A DNA stretch of 57,712 bases from an uncultured Candidatus Binatia bacterium (GTDB lineage Bacteria > Desulfobacterota > Binatia > UBA9968 > JAJDTQ01): positions 1-57,712 of the forward strand of contig CBDCAF010000020.1 of assembly GCA_965213675.1 (NCBI GenBank). Direction: 5' to 3'. Below the pieces are notes generated by a model, which saw nothing but the letters and a program-made list of their open reading frames with translations, was not told where the DNA came from and ran no database searches. The position numbers and the translations under genes were made by a program. Of the stretch, positions 20,710 through 31,300 are shown piece by piece. Each line of letters starts with the position of its first letter. Within the stretch, counting starts at the first letter, position 1.

Positions 20710-21532
20710 TGGCGGGAGTCTCCGCTTCCGGCCAGGGCGACCGCGACCCTGCCCGAGACCCGCTCGACCGTGTCTGAGACCACACGGTCGGATAGGTGGA
20801 CGTAGCGCTCGGCTCGACGAGGGCGTGGCCCAGGAGCTTGGCGATGGTCACCGTGGAGATCCCGTTGGCGGCGGCGACCGAGGCCCAGGTGTGGGGCGGG
20901 TCGTGGAACCGCAAGCCCGGCAAGTCCGCCGCGTTGCGGATGCGCTGCCACTGGACGGAGATGCTGTTCACGTGGCGGTTAGGCGGCCGGGCCGGGAACA
21001 GGAAGGGGCAGTCCATACTGTAGCGGAGGACGGCGCCAATGACCGCGCGGGCGGCGCTCGACAGCCACACCGTGCGCGGCCCGGACTTGGAGTCGGGAAG
21101 GTGGATGCGCTTACCCTTGATTCAACTCCACTCCAGCGAAACCACTTCGCCGAAGCGGCGCCCGGTGAGCATGTGCAGGCGGACGATGGCGACGACGTGA
21201 GGGCGCCGGAACTCGTCGCGGGCGAGCACGGCGTTGAGCCGGGCCATCTCCCCGCCCGACAGGGAGCACTCCTTCGGCGGCATCCGGTAGGGCGGGGTGT
21301 TCCGGCACGCATTGGAGTTGTGGAGCCGGTATCCCCACAGCTTCGCCATGCGCATCATCACCGGCATGGCGCGGTTGGCGACGCCGGGACGGCCCGCCAT
21401 CGAGGCGAACAAGTCCCGGACGTGCTCGACGGTGACCGCGTTTCACGGCCAGACGCCCCATGGCGGGCTGGATGACGTCGCGGATGGCCCACCGGTTCGC
21501 GGCCGGCGTGGCCGGCTTCCAGTGGCGCGCAT
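20710..21532 (-). pseudogene. Multiply frameshifted tyrosine integrase remnant
   Basis: ARHWKP, ANRAMPV, MLTGRRFGEV, LPDSKSGPRTVWL, LRFHDPPHTWAS, AKLLGH across frames. Confidence 0.85.
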
Positions 21533-21693
21533 CGCGAGTAGTCTCCATTACGCCGTAACCGTTCCTTGGCCCCTACTCGGCCGCCCCGAAACAAGATTCA
21601 TCACCCTCCGCAGCTTCCCGCAGTCACTCAATTGTTCGTCACCTCTCGTTGCAGGACCTCCTGCCTCCCTGACCGATTCGGTGATCCGTCCTC

Positions 21694-22599
21694 TTATTGG
21701 GCACAGTATATCCGGGCCATACGGGGAGCATCCCGACAACGCTCGCGCAAACGAGTGTCAAGCCGCTTGAGCTGTGGAATCAATCTCTTCCGTTCCTCTT
21801 CGAAATTCAGATGTCGGTACTCAACCGGGACGTATTTTTCCCAAGGGTCCTCCCCCACCCACAATCTCTTCGTTTCCTTGATCGTGTCCAGACCTTGGAG
21901 TTTGCCCTCAACCGCGACTCTTTCTGCCCAAAGGTCCCTCAATCCCTTTATTTCCTTCATCGTGGAATCCTCTACGCGGGCTTGGCAACGAGGGAGTTCG
22001 TCGAGATACTCCCGGCAGAACTCCGGGTCTCGAATGGGCCCACCGAGCTTGTTCAGCTTGCTTTGCAGCCCACCTGCAAGACGCTTATACTCATTAACTA
22101 TCAACGCGTTGTTAGAATGTTCATTCGCGTTTTTCTCTATGTGGTCGAATATGTCTAGACACCCGTCGCCGAAATCGTTCCGGCAGCTCACAATCCTCCC
22201 CAGGAGTGTCTTGTCGGAAACGTTCTCAAGGAAATAAAAGATGAACTCTGTGGAGAAAACGGTTAGCTCAGGATTCTCCACGGCGACTCGAAAGAGGTCG
22301 ATATTGTCGGCCAACAACTCATTGCACCTGATGTAAGGGTAGGCTTCCTCGACCGTGATCGCCTCGCCTAGGTGGTGCTCGCCGACCACCTTGAGCATTC
22401 GTTTGAAGCTGAGGAAGTCATTCTTGTTGGCGATGAAGCATATCTTCCTATTGAGCCGACGAATAAGCTCTCGTTTCTCCTCGGACACCGTGTGGTTCTC
22501 CTCGGACACCTTGTTGGACTGACCCCACGTCGGAACCGGGAGAAGCAGCAAGCCTGTTAGAATGAGGATGGCGGGCTTCATCATTTTCATTATTGGCAT
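21694..22599 (-). CDS. Secreted Cys-containing helical protein, paralog B
   Basis: Signal peptide nearly identical to paralog A; shared EEAYPYIRCNE..ADNIDLFRV; extra ~85 aa C-terminal. Confidence 0.8.
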   Translation of the reverse strand: MPIMKMMKPAILILTGLLLLPVPTWGQSNKVSEENHTVSEEKRELIRRLNRKICFIANKNDFLSFKRMLKVVGEHHLGEAITVEEAYPYIRCNELLADNIDLFRVAVENPELTVFSTEFIFYFLENVSDKTLLGRIVSCRNDFGDGCLDIFDHIEKNANEHSNNALIVNEYKRLAGGLQSKLNKLGGPIRDPEFCREYLDELPRCQARVEDSTMKEIKGLRDLWAERVAVEGKLQGLDTIKETKRLWVGEDPWEKYVPVEYRHLNFEEERKRLIPQLKRLDTRLRERCRDAPRMARIYCAQ

Positions 22600-22789
22600 C
22601 GCAAGTTGCCTCCGTTACGTCGTACCTGTTCTTTGACCGCTACTCGACCGCTGCGAACGTTCCCAATAGCTTCCATTACACAACCGGCGGCATCTTGCCT
22701 CCCATGTATCTCGAAGCGCGGTCCTTCTGCAACATGGGCGGCGGGGCACCCTGTGGCGCCTTGATTCGGCAGGAGCAAAGGAAACCCAT

Positions 22790-23014
22790 CCATATGACAG
22801 GCCCTGCGCCCTCGGCGATCCTGCCCGAAATGCGGTTGGCGGCGGACTTGACCGGATGATTCGGTAGGAGGGGCGCGGTGGGGGGTGATGCGCATCTTGT
22901 TGCCCCGAGCAGCTTTCCGATCATCGGGAGGCCCTTGCCGACGAACGCGCCGCCGCTGGCCAGGATGTGACGCAGGTTGTGGATCCGCGGATTCCCGATT
23001 TCAGCCCCTTCCAC
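22790..23014 (-). pseudogene. Tyrosine integrase C-terminal remnant
   Basis: RIHNLRHILAS...LPMIGKLLG...VKSAANRISGRI. Confidence 0.7.
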
Positions 23015-23125
23015 GATGCGACGTCACGGGTGGTGCAGGATGGCGAGACAGACGCTGCACGTCCGGCCGGGGAACGCCCATCGCCTTGTGCGTTTCGCTG
23101 CATGCCGCGAAGCACGGCTATGGCG

Positions 23126-23152
23126 GGCGCCAGGATACACGATCCTGGCGCC
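23126..23152 (-). terminator. Hairpin downstream of integrase 2
   Basis: Perfect 11-bp stem GGCGCCAGGAT/ATCCTGGCGCC; no U-tract. Confidence 0.45.
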
Positions 23153-23182
23153 TGTCCTGGAGTCCGGCATCCGTAACACGTC

Positions 23183-24454
23183 TCAGCTTGAGACGGGACG
23201 AGGCTCCGGCGCGGACAGGTTGGAACCCAACAGGATCTCGATGCGGTCGGCTACGCGCTGAGCGGGCTCCCGGAGTTGCTCGACGGTCCAGTCGGCGGCA
23301 TAGCCCTCGGTGATGTCGTCGTCGCGGGCGTGGTTGACCAGCCGCTTTGTGAGCGGGCGGGGCAGCATGAGATCGCGCTCGGCCACGGTGATGAAGGCGT
23401 TGCGCAGGCCGTGGAACCAGAAGCGCGTGCCGGCGGCCCGGCTTATGTCGCCATGGTACTGCTGAAGACCCATGAGGTGGCCGGTGGCGCTCGTGAGCGA
23501 GGGAAACACCCAGCCTTCCGCCGCCGCGCCGTGCGCCTCTTCCCGGCGGCGTTCGAACACGGCGGCGAGTTGTCGGGTGAGGGGAAGCTCCAGCGGCTCG
23601 CCGGTTTTGGTCTCCTCGACCCGCAGGATGGCGTGGTCGAGGTCGATGCGCTCCCAACGGAGCGAGACCACCTCGCCCAGGCGCATGCCGGTGTAGGCTC
23701 CGATCAGGAAGATGTCGCGGTGGTCGGGCGGGAGCCCTATCGCCTCCACCCCTGCACGCCAGCGGGGCAGCACCTCGGCCGGGGAGGATATGCGCCTGCG
23801 GCGCTTGCGGTTCAGTCGCCCGCCGCCGGCGATCCAGAGCTCCACGGGGTTGCGCAGTCCCTCGTGGTCGATGCTGGAGCGGCGGTAGATGGAGCGCAGC
23901 ATGGAGACGGCTTGGTTGGCGGTGGCCCAGCCGTGGCGCTCGGTGACGCGGTGGAAGCGGGCCTCGATGTCGCGCCGATCGATCACGTCAAGGGAGCGGT
24001 TGAGCCAATCTCCGAAACACACCCTGAGGTTCTGGCGGTAGATCAGGACGGTTCGGGGCTTTCGCCTGGGGTTGGCCTCCATGTAGTCCTCGAAGGCCCG
24101 GGCCAAAGTGGGCATGGTCCGGGCCTCGGCGCGCTCCTGGGCAGGGTCTTCGCCGGAGGCGACCTTGCCGAGGAGTTCCTGGGCCATGCGGCGGGCTTGT
24201 TCCGGAGTGATGCGGCCGAAGCGCCCGAGGGTGACGCGCTTGTTGGGAGCCGAGCGGCCGCCGGAGCCCGAGCGGTAGTTGACCACGAAGGTCTTGGCGC
24301 CGGAGGGTTGGACCCTGACGCCGAAGCCTGTAAGGCGGTCGTCCCAGGCGATCCAGGGCCTCTCGTCCGGCTTGAGGGTCTCGACGGCGCGCTTGGTCAG
24401 GGTGATCTTGAGTCTTGCGATGCGTTTGGCGGTGTTGGCTTTGAGGGGTTCCAT
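23183..24454 (-). CDS. Tyrosine integrase, paralog of 297..1562
   Basis: Same arm-binding N-terminus; TGMRLGEV, FHGLRNAF, LVNHA, ITEGYA. Confidence 0.93.
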   Translation of the reverse strand: MEPLKANTAKRIARLKITLTKRAVETLKPDERPWIAWDDRLTGFGVRVQPSGAKTFVVNYRSGSGGRSAPNKRVTLGRFGRITPEQARRMAQELLGKVASGEDPAQERAEARTMPTLARAFEDYMEANPRRKPRTVLIYRQNLRVCFGDWLNRSLDVIDRRDIEARFHRVTERHGWATANQAVSMLRSIYRRSSIDHEGLRNPVELWIAGGGRLNRKRRRRISSPAEVLPRWRAGVEAIGLPPDHRDIFLIGAYTGMRLGEVVSLRWERIDLDHAILRVEETKTGEPLELPLTRQLAAVFERRREEAHGAAAEGWVFPSLTSATGHLMGLQQYHGDISRAAGTRFWFHGLRNAFITVAERDLMLPRPLTKRLVNHARDDDITEGYAADWTVEQLREPAQRVADRIEILLGSNLSAPEPRPVSS

Positions 24455-24611
24455 GGGAAGATGGTAGCAGACGGGGAAATTGGTTCAACCCCATATTCAA
24501 CACGAGAAAAGAAGCCGGAGGGATGGACAAGGGTACGAATGGCCGCCAGATGGGAAGATAAGCCCTTATAATACAGTATAAAAGGCGATTTGTGTCCATT
24601 CGATCGCAGGT

Positions 24612-24884
24612 CTATGTATCGTGATATACAAAAGCGTCGAGCATGTTGACGAAGCCCCAGAGGAGGCTTTCGCGCTCGTCTGCGAGCTGAGTGCCGTCGG
24701 GGCCGATGCCGTCCGCGAGGATGCTGAAGGCGGTGTGTACGGAGTCGAGAGCGTCGTCCTCGTCCCAGACATCCCTGGAATCGAACTCGTCGGTGCCCGG
24801 GGCAGCGCCGAAGAGCTGCGCGTTTTGGCAGAACGCCTCCATGATGGACTGACCCTGATCGGCGATGTTCTCTATGCTGTTCAT
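24612..24884 (-). pseudogene. N-terminus of DUF2493-type ICE backbone protein, cut at a putative att site
   Basis: DGTQLADERESLLWGFVNML then an abrupt shift into AT-rich sequence. Confidence 0.55.
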
Positions 24885-25152
24885 GACTCCCTCCTTTACG
24901 GGTTAAGGACGCTGAGGTCCGTGACTAGGGCGCGAGTCCGCCCGAAGTGATGTCTCTTCTTTTCACGCGCGCGCAACGTAGCCACCGGGACGGAGTCCCG
25001 GCCGGAACGGAGTGGAGGACCCCAACGGGGTTGGCGCAGAGAGCACGTGTGACAAGATGGGAGTTCACGTAGGAAGGACTTGTTGGAAACAGCACCGTCC
25101 CCATAGACGCTCAAACTTTCCTTCGGGGACGTTGAGGCCCCCTCGCTGCCGA

Positions 25153-25386
25153 TCACGGCCAGAGGGGATGTGAGTCGACGAGGCGCTGAGCGGTCTCGCG
25201 GATGCGGCAGCGTTCGTGAACGCGCCGAGGCCCCCTGGGATCGTCATGCAAGTGCACGACCCAGGACACGCTTCCGGGGGCGAGGATGTCGTCCTGGCGG
25301 TAGACGTCGCCCACGTGGTCGCCGTCGGCGTCGTAGATGCGGGACTCGCGCGGGGTCAGCCGCTTGAAGGTGACGCTGCCCATCAC
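25153..25386 (-). CDS. Small hypothetical protein
   Basis: RBS AGGAGGGG; start overlaps the DUF4326 stop. Confidence 0.65.
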   Translation of the reverse strand: MMGSVTFKRLTPRESRIYDADGDHVGDVYRQDDILAPGSVSWVVHLHDDPRGPRRVHERCRIRETAQRLVDSHPLWP

Positions 25387-25718
25387 TCACCCCTCCTTTC
25401 GGCCAGTGCGGCTGCGGCCCACGCCGCGGCCCGGGCGAGCACGTGTCCGTGACAAGGCTGAGGATCACACCAGCAGGCCGGCCGCATGCCGTCCATTTCG
25501 GCGAGTTCTTCCAGGGTGATGTCGCCTGCGCGGATACGGCCCCAGAGATCGGCGCGGTAGCGCGTGATCACCTCCCAGCGCGTTCCGTCGCGCCCGATGC
25601 GGAACCTGTTGCCCCACTTCGTGCGGCGATCGATGAGGACGGTGTTGTTGTGCACGGGCGCGTGCGCGAGTTCCTCGCGGAGCGCGGGTTCGCGCCTGAG
25701 GTTGATGACGGCATCCAT
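25383..25718 (-). CDS. DUF4326 domain protein
   Basis: IDRRTKWGNRF, ACWCDPQPCHGHVL; start trimmed to 25718. Confidence 0.85.
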   Translation of the reverse strand: MDAVINLRREPALREELAHAPVHNNTVLIDRRTKWGNRFRIGRDGTRWEVITRYRADLWGRIRAGDITLEELAEMDGMRPACWCDPQPCHGHVLARAAAWAAAALAERRGE

Positions 25719-25750
25719 AATTCCCTCTCCTTCCATCACTGCTTTGCCCG

Positions 25751-26761
25751 TCAGGCTCCCTCTTCTCCGACTCCAGCGGAGCGGAAGAGCGGGCCGAGCC
25801 TTGCGGCGAGGACGGCGGGGCCGAGCTGAGTCAGATCGTCGTTGAAATCGCCTCCCTGGGGGACGATGACCGTGGCCGCGAGGCCTGCCCGCGCGCAGCG
25901 CCGGGCGAGGCGTTCGGCGGCCTGTTCGCCTTCCGGATCGTTGTCGCGGGCGATGACGAGGCGGCAACAGCCGGGCGGGAGTGAAAACGCGCCGAGACTG
26001 CCTGCGGAGAGGGCCGCGGCGGCGGTGATCTCGGGCACGGCGGTGACGAGGGACAGGACGGTCTCGATGCCTTCGCCGACGAGGAACGGAGCGACGGAGT
26101 CGGCGGGCAGACCGAAGCGCACGGCCAGGCCGTAGACTCGGCCGAGGGCCTTCCTGGGCGAGGGGATATTGGCCTTGGCGGGCCGGCGAGGATCGAGCCA
26201 CGTGCGCTGGACGCCCCGGACGGCGACGTCGTCGCTGGTGACGGCGGCGACAAGGGCCGGGAGGCGGAGGACGGCGGAGCCTTCGCGGTAGCGAAGCTCC
26301 GGATGGAACCGCAGAGCCGGGAACCGGGAGCGCGCGAGCCCTCGGGCGCGGAGGTAGGTTTCGGCGCGGGTGCCGTCCACCGGGCGGCAAAGCCGCCAAA
26401 GGCGGCGCGCCGCCTCGGTGGCGTCGTAGGCGTCTGCATCGCCCGCGGCCGGCGACGCCGGCAGGGCGAGGAAGGCCTGGGCCTCGTCCAGCGCCGCGCG
26501 GAGCGTCGGCGCGCCCATGCGGTGGCGGATGAGGTCGAGAAGGTCGCCATGACTGCCTTCGGCGGCGTCGGTCCACTTCCCGGGCATGCCCGGACCGTGG
26601 AGGCGGACGAACAGGGAGCGGCCCCGGGCGCCGTCGATATCGCCCGCGACCCAGTAGCGCCCCTGGCGGCGGCCGTGGGGCAGATAGCGGCGGCAGACGT
26701 CTTCGGCGCGTTCGGCAAGTGCGTCGGCGATTGAGGCTGCGGGGGACGGATGGTCGTGCAT
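25751..26761 (-). CDS. Toprim-domain primase-like protein (ICE backbone)
   Basis: GKWTDAA..GDLLDLI, YLRARG, GEGIET, IARDNDPEG, GDFNDDL; start trimmed. Confidence 0.87.
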   Translation of the reverse strand: MHDHPSPAASIADALAERAEDVCRRYLPHGRRQGRYWVAGDIDGARGRSLFVRLHGPGMPGKWTDAAEGSHGDLLDLIRHRMGAPTLRAALDEAQAFLALPASPAAGDADAYDATEAARRLWRLCRPVDGTRAETYLRARGLARSRFPALRFHPELRYREGSAVLRLPALVAAVTSDDVAVRGVQRTWLDPRRPAKANIPSPRKALGRVYGLAVRFGLPADSVAPFLVGEGIETVLSLVTAVPEITAAAALSAGSLGAFSLPPGCCRLVIARDNDPEGEQAAERLARRCARAGLAATVIVPQGGDFNDDLTQLGPAVLAARLGPLFRSAGVGEEGA

Positions 26762-26867
26762 GGCATTCTCCTTCGTTGCGCAGGACGCCGGATGCGGGCC
26801 GGTTGGCGGCGGAGGGCGAAAGGCCGAGCGAAGCGAGGGCCGGAGGTGCGGACTCGGAATGGACTCC

Positions 26868-26903
26868 AAAAAAAGGGAGCCGACGCACGAAGCGCCGGCC
26901 CCC
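26868..26903 (-). terminator. Rho-independent terminator after ssb
   Basis: 12-bp GC-rich stem followed by T7 on the minus strand. Confidence 0.75.
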
Positions 26904-26935
26904 GGGTTGGGAGGAGAGGAAGTGGCGGAGTCCAC

Positions 26936-27403
26936 TCAAAACGGAATGTCGTCGCCCGGGTCCGCGGCCTGCAGCGCGGTCCCGTTGTCCTGCATCGCGG
27001 CGTCGCCCGATGCCATGGCCGGGTCGGCCGCTGCGGGCACGCCGTTGCCGTTCGGCTTGTCCAGGAACTGGATCCGGCTGCCCGGAACCAGCAGGATCTC
27101 GGTGGAGTAGCGGTCGCTGTCCTCGCCGGGCTTGGACCAGCGCCGGGTCTGGAGCTTGCCGTCGATGTAGACCAGCCGGCCCTTGCGGGCGTGCTTCTCG
27201 AACATGTTGACGAGACCGTCCTGGAAGGTCACCACCCGGTGCCATTCGGTCTTGTCCACCCGGTTGCCCGAGTTGCGATCGATGTACCCCTCGTCGGTGG
27301 CGATGCTCAGGTTGGCGACGCGGCCTCCGCTGGTGAGGTGATTGACGGTGACGTCGGCGCCGAGGCGGCCGATCAGTTCCACGCGATTCAGTCCGAAGCT
27401 CAT
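26936..27403 (-). CDS. ssb: Single-stranded DNA-binding protein
   Basis: NRVELIGRLGAD, TEWHRV, KGRLVYIDGKLQTR, C-terminal DDIPF. Confidence 0.95.
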   Translation of the reverse strand: MSFGLNRVELIGRLGADVTVNHLTSGGRVANLSIATDEGYIDRNSGNRVDKTEWHRVVTFQDGLVNMFEKHARKGRLVYIDGKLQTRRWSKPGEDSDRYSTEILLVPGSRIQFLDKPNGNGVPAAADPAMASGDAAMQDNGTALQAADPGDDIPF

Positions 27404-27496
27404 GGTAATTCTCCTTCCTGGTCTGGTTAATGACGATGGCCTGCGAACATCGAGGGACCGGGTCCTCCCTCCCCGGCCCCCTTCCGTTCACTTCTC

Positions 27497-27646
27497 TCAA
27501 GCCCCCCGCTCACTCCACGCGTCGGGACAGCGCCTGTCGTTGTCGTCGTCGATGACGTCCCGGATCGCGCCGGGTTGGAGCCCGATCTCGGTCAGCAGGT
27601 CGCTGCCGCTCAGGGCTTCCTCAAGGTCGATATCGATTCCGGACAT
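27497..27646 (-). CDS. 49-aa acidic small protein
   Basis: RBS AGGAGG; MSGIDIDLEEAL...DDDND. Confidence 0.5.
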   Translation of the reverse strand: MSGIDIDLEEALSGSDLLTEIGLQPGAIRDVIDDDNDRRCPDAWSERGA

Positions 27647-27929
27647 GGCCGTATCCTCCTGTGCAGGTTGTCCTGCCCGGACTGTGTGAAGGAGACCCTC
27701 TCCCTCCCCCTCCCGGGCGTTCGCCCGGAACCCGCTCTTCTCCGGCTCCACGGAGAGGGTCCGGCCCGGCGGAATGCCAGGAAGGGCTGACGGTCCCTGC
27801 CGCGTCAGCCTGGCGGCCATGACGGTCGGAATTGAGGATCGCTGACAAGGCCCCGGTTGGTCCGGGGGGGCTGGCGGTGCGCTGAGAGGATGGCGAGCGG
27901 GTTGCTCGGCAACGCGGCCCCGTTCCGGT

Positions 27930-28199
27930 TCAGTGCCGGGAGTGGCCGTCGCTCTGGGGTCCCTCGGCTCGCATGGAGCTTGCGGCGAGTGCGGTCCAGT
28001 CCTCCCTCGAGTGAGCGAGCCTGGCGTTCAGGCGGTCGCACAGCCCCTCCGCACTCTCGACCGACACGGCTACAAGCGCCGTAGGTACGTAGCCTTGCAT
28101 GCCCTCGAAGACGATGCGGATCTGTTGCGGCTCGTCGCCCAGCTCGTAGCTCGGGCAGAACGCGTAGTTGGGGTCGTCGGGCAGGGTGTGCGCGGTCAT
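27930..28199 (-). CDS. Hypothetical protein
   Basis: RBS AAGGGAG; protein-like composition. Confidence 0.65.
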   Translation of the reverse strand: MTAHTLPDDPNYAFCPSYELGDEPQQIRIVFEGMQGYVPTALVAVSVESAEGLCDRLNARLAHSREDWTALAASSMRAEGPQSDGHSRH

Positions 28200-28322
28200 G
28201 GCAATGCTCCCTTCGGTGAGTGGGACCCGCCGGCGGCGGGCCGGCGGCAGGTACGCCGCGGGGCCGGCGGTACGGACCCAGGGGCGCGGAACGGACGTGG
28301 ACTCAGGTTGGCCGGCCGGGGT

Positions 28323-31300
28323 TCAGGCTGCGAGGGGCCAGCGCTGGATGACGCGTTCGAGAAGCCCGGGTTCCGGGGCGAAGACGCGCGTGCGCCAGGA
28401 GATGATCTCGACCGTGCAGCCCAGGCGCTTCAGCACGGCGGTGTCGGAATCGGTAGGCCCCTCGATCTCGACGCGGTCGGCGCCCATGATGCGCCGCCTG
28501 GCAAGCGGCCAGCCGTTGGCGAGCGCGAGCGCCGCGCCGCGCCCGAGGACCTCCTCGAAGGCTTCGGCCCCGGTCATGGCGGGACCCCCCGCGAGACCGA
28601 AGGCGGAGCGGACGGCGCGGACCTGCCCGGCGTCGAGCACGCGTCCGATCAGCGCCTCGCCCGCATCTGTCCTGAGACGCCGCACCCGCATGTTCTCGGA
28701 TGGCAGGCGGTCCCAGACCGGCAGCAGGAGGCCCGTGGCGAGCCAGAACCGCGACTCCCTGTGAGACGGCAGGCCGGCGATCTCGTCTTCCCAGAGCCTG
28801 CGCCACTCGGCTTCGGTCGCCTTCCGCCAGTTCGAGGCGTCCAGTTCGGCCTGGGCCATGGAACCCCGGCCGGCGGGACGCAGCAGCCGGACACGCTCCT
28901 GCACGCCGCCGTCGTCGAACATGCGCGACGGCGCCGGAAGGACGACGGCAGCGCGGTCCGACCTGTCGTTGAGCATGAGCACCGGGCCGGGGTCCGTCTG
29001 CGCGCCGATCTCCAGTGCCTCGTCGGCGGATGTGGGCTCCAGCCTGTCGCGCCGCACGATCTCCACCAGCTCGGTGGCGGCTCCGCTGCCCGGGTGCGTG
29101 TACAGCGTCTCCCGGCCGGCGACGGCCAGGGAGTCGGCCCGCACGGTCTCGACGCCCACCTCGTAGGTCCCGGCCTCCATGGCCTGCTCGATGCCCGAGG
29201 CGATGCGCTCTTCGAGTTCGGAGAAGAGCTGGTTCTGCTCGGCGATGGGTAGGGCCAGGAGCCTGTTCAGGAACTGCGGCATGGACGGCAGATCCTCCTT
29301 GAGGGAGCCCTCCCATGTGAGTCTGAGCCCGGTGGCGTCCTCGAAGCGCTGCAGTGGCCAATCGGGTATGTTGCCGCTCCAGAGCGCCAGGTAGAACCGC
29401 CTGAGCGCCGCCTTCGCGTACAGGCTCTCCAGGTTGTCGCTCTCGCGGAAGAGCGTTGCGTCCGAGCCGCCCATGGCGGTCTGGGAGTCGCGCTGGCCGC
29501 GGGTGATGGCGCCCAGGCTGTCGAGCCTGCGCGCGATCGTGGCGATGAACCTCCGCTCGCCCTTGACGTCGGTGGTCACGGGCCGGAAGAGCGGGGCCGA
29601 GGCCTAGTGCGTCCGGTGGGTGCGGCCGAGCCCCTGGATGGCCTGGTCGGCGCGCCAGCCGGGCTCCAGCAGGTAGTGGACCCGGCGCCCGGTGTTGGCG
29701 GACGAGAGGTCCGAGTGGTAGCTCCGGCCGGTGCCCCCGGCCATGGAGAAGACAAGGATGCGCTTACGGCCGTCCATGAAAGCGGCGGTCTCGGCGAGGT
29801 TGGCGGAGGCGGGCCGGCCGCGGAGCGCCAGGCGCTCGCCTCCCCCGTCGGAAATCCTCAGAACCCGCCGGGAGCGGCCCGTCACCTCGGCGACTGCCTC
29901 GTGTCCGAAGTGGTGCAGGACTTGGTCCAGGGCCGAGTGCACGGGCGGCAGGGACGCCAGCTTCTCGATCAAGGCGTCGCGCTGCGCGAGCGCCTCCCGG
30001 CACAGCACCGGATTGCCGTCGGCATCGACCGCGGGGCGGCTCATCAGGTTCCCGTCACCGTCGGTGAAGGGCTCCTGAAGCTGCACCGGGAAGGCGTGGG
30101 CCAGGAAGTCGAGGACGGCCTCGCGGGGCGTGAGGTCGATGGCCAGGTCGTCCCATTCCGACGCCGGTATCTCGGCCAGGCGCCGCTCCATGAGCGCCTC
30201 GCCCGTGGACACGAGCTGGATCACGGCGGAGCGCCCGGCGTCCCGATCGGCCTCGATGGCGCGGATGAGCGAAGGGCACTTCATGGCGGTCAGGAGATGG
30301 CCGAAGAAGCGCTGCTTGGCGCTCTCGAAGGCGCTCAGCGCCGCGGACTTGGCGTTCCTGTTGAGGGTGGAACCCTCCTGCATGATTCCCGTGGCCTCCA
30401 GCGCTGCTTCGATGTTGGCGTGGATGACCTTGAACGCGCCGGCATAGGCGTCGTAGATGCGCCGCTGCTCCTGCGAGAGCTCGTGCACCAGGATGTCCAC
30501 CTCCACGCCGTCGTAGGCCAGCGCACGGGCCTGGTAGAGGCCCAGGGCCTTGAGGTCCCTGGCGACCACCTCCATGGCGGCGACCCCGCCCGCTTCCATG
30601 GCGGACACGAAGTCGCTCCGGCTCTCGAACGGGGTCTCGCCGGCTGTCCAGAGCCCCAGACGCCCGGCATAGGCCAGTCCGGGCACGGTGGTGGCGCCTG
30701 TGGCGGAGACGTAGGTGATGCGAGCGCCGGGGAGCGCGTTCTGCAAGCGTAGCCCGGCCCTGGGCCGAGGGCTTCACCTCGCCGCGCTCGCTCTTGCCTC
30801 CGGCCGCGTTGGCCATGGCGTGGGCCTCGTCGAACACGATGGCGCCGTCGAAGGCGTGCCGGCGATCCTCGTCGAGGTTCCCGGCGAGCCAGCCCACGAT
30901 CTGGTCGAGCCGTGAGGCGCGGCCCTGGCGGGAGGGCGAGCGCAGCGTGGCGTAGGTCGTGAAGAGGATCCCTGCCGTGTGCGGGATCTCCGCCCCCTGG
31001 CGGAAGTCGCCGAGCGGGATGAGATCGTCCTCGCGTCCACCGAGGGCGGTCCAGTCGCGGCGCGCGTCTTCGAGGAGCTTGTCCGACTGGCTGAGCCACA
31101 GGGCGCGTTTCCGTCCGCGGAGCCATCCGTCGAGGATGATGGCCGCTACCTGGCGTCCCTTGCCGCAGCCCGTGCCGTCTCCGAGCATCCAGCCCCGGCG
31201 GAAGCGCACCGGCTCCGACAGGGTCTCGCCGTCGTCCGTGAGGGCGGTGTCGTCCTGGTCCTCCTCGCCGCAACGCTGGACGGTCTCCCAGCCGGAGCCG

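Noticed and set aside
25383-27500. 705-aa ORF
   Set aside because: Only the last 111 aa (DUF4326) are credible; the rest is an off-frame read through ssb and the primase
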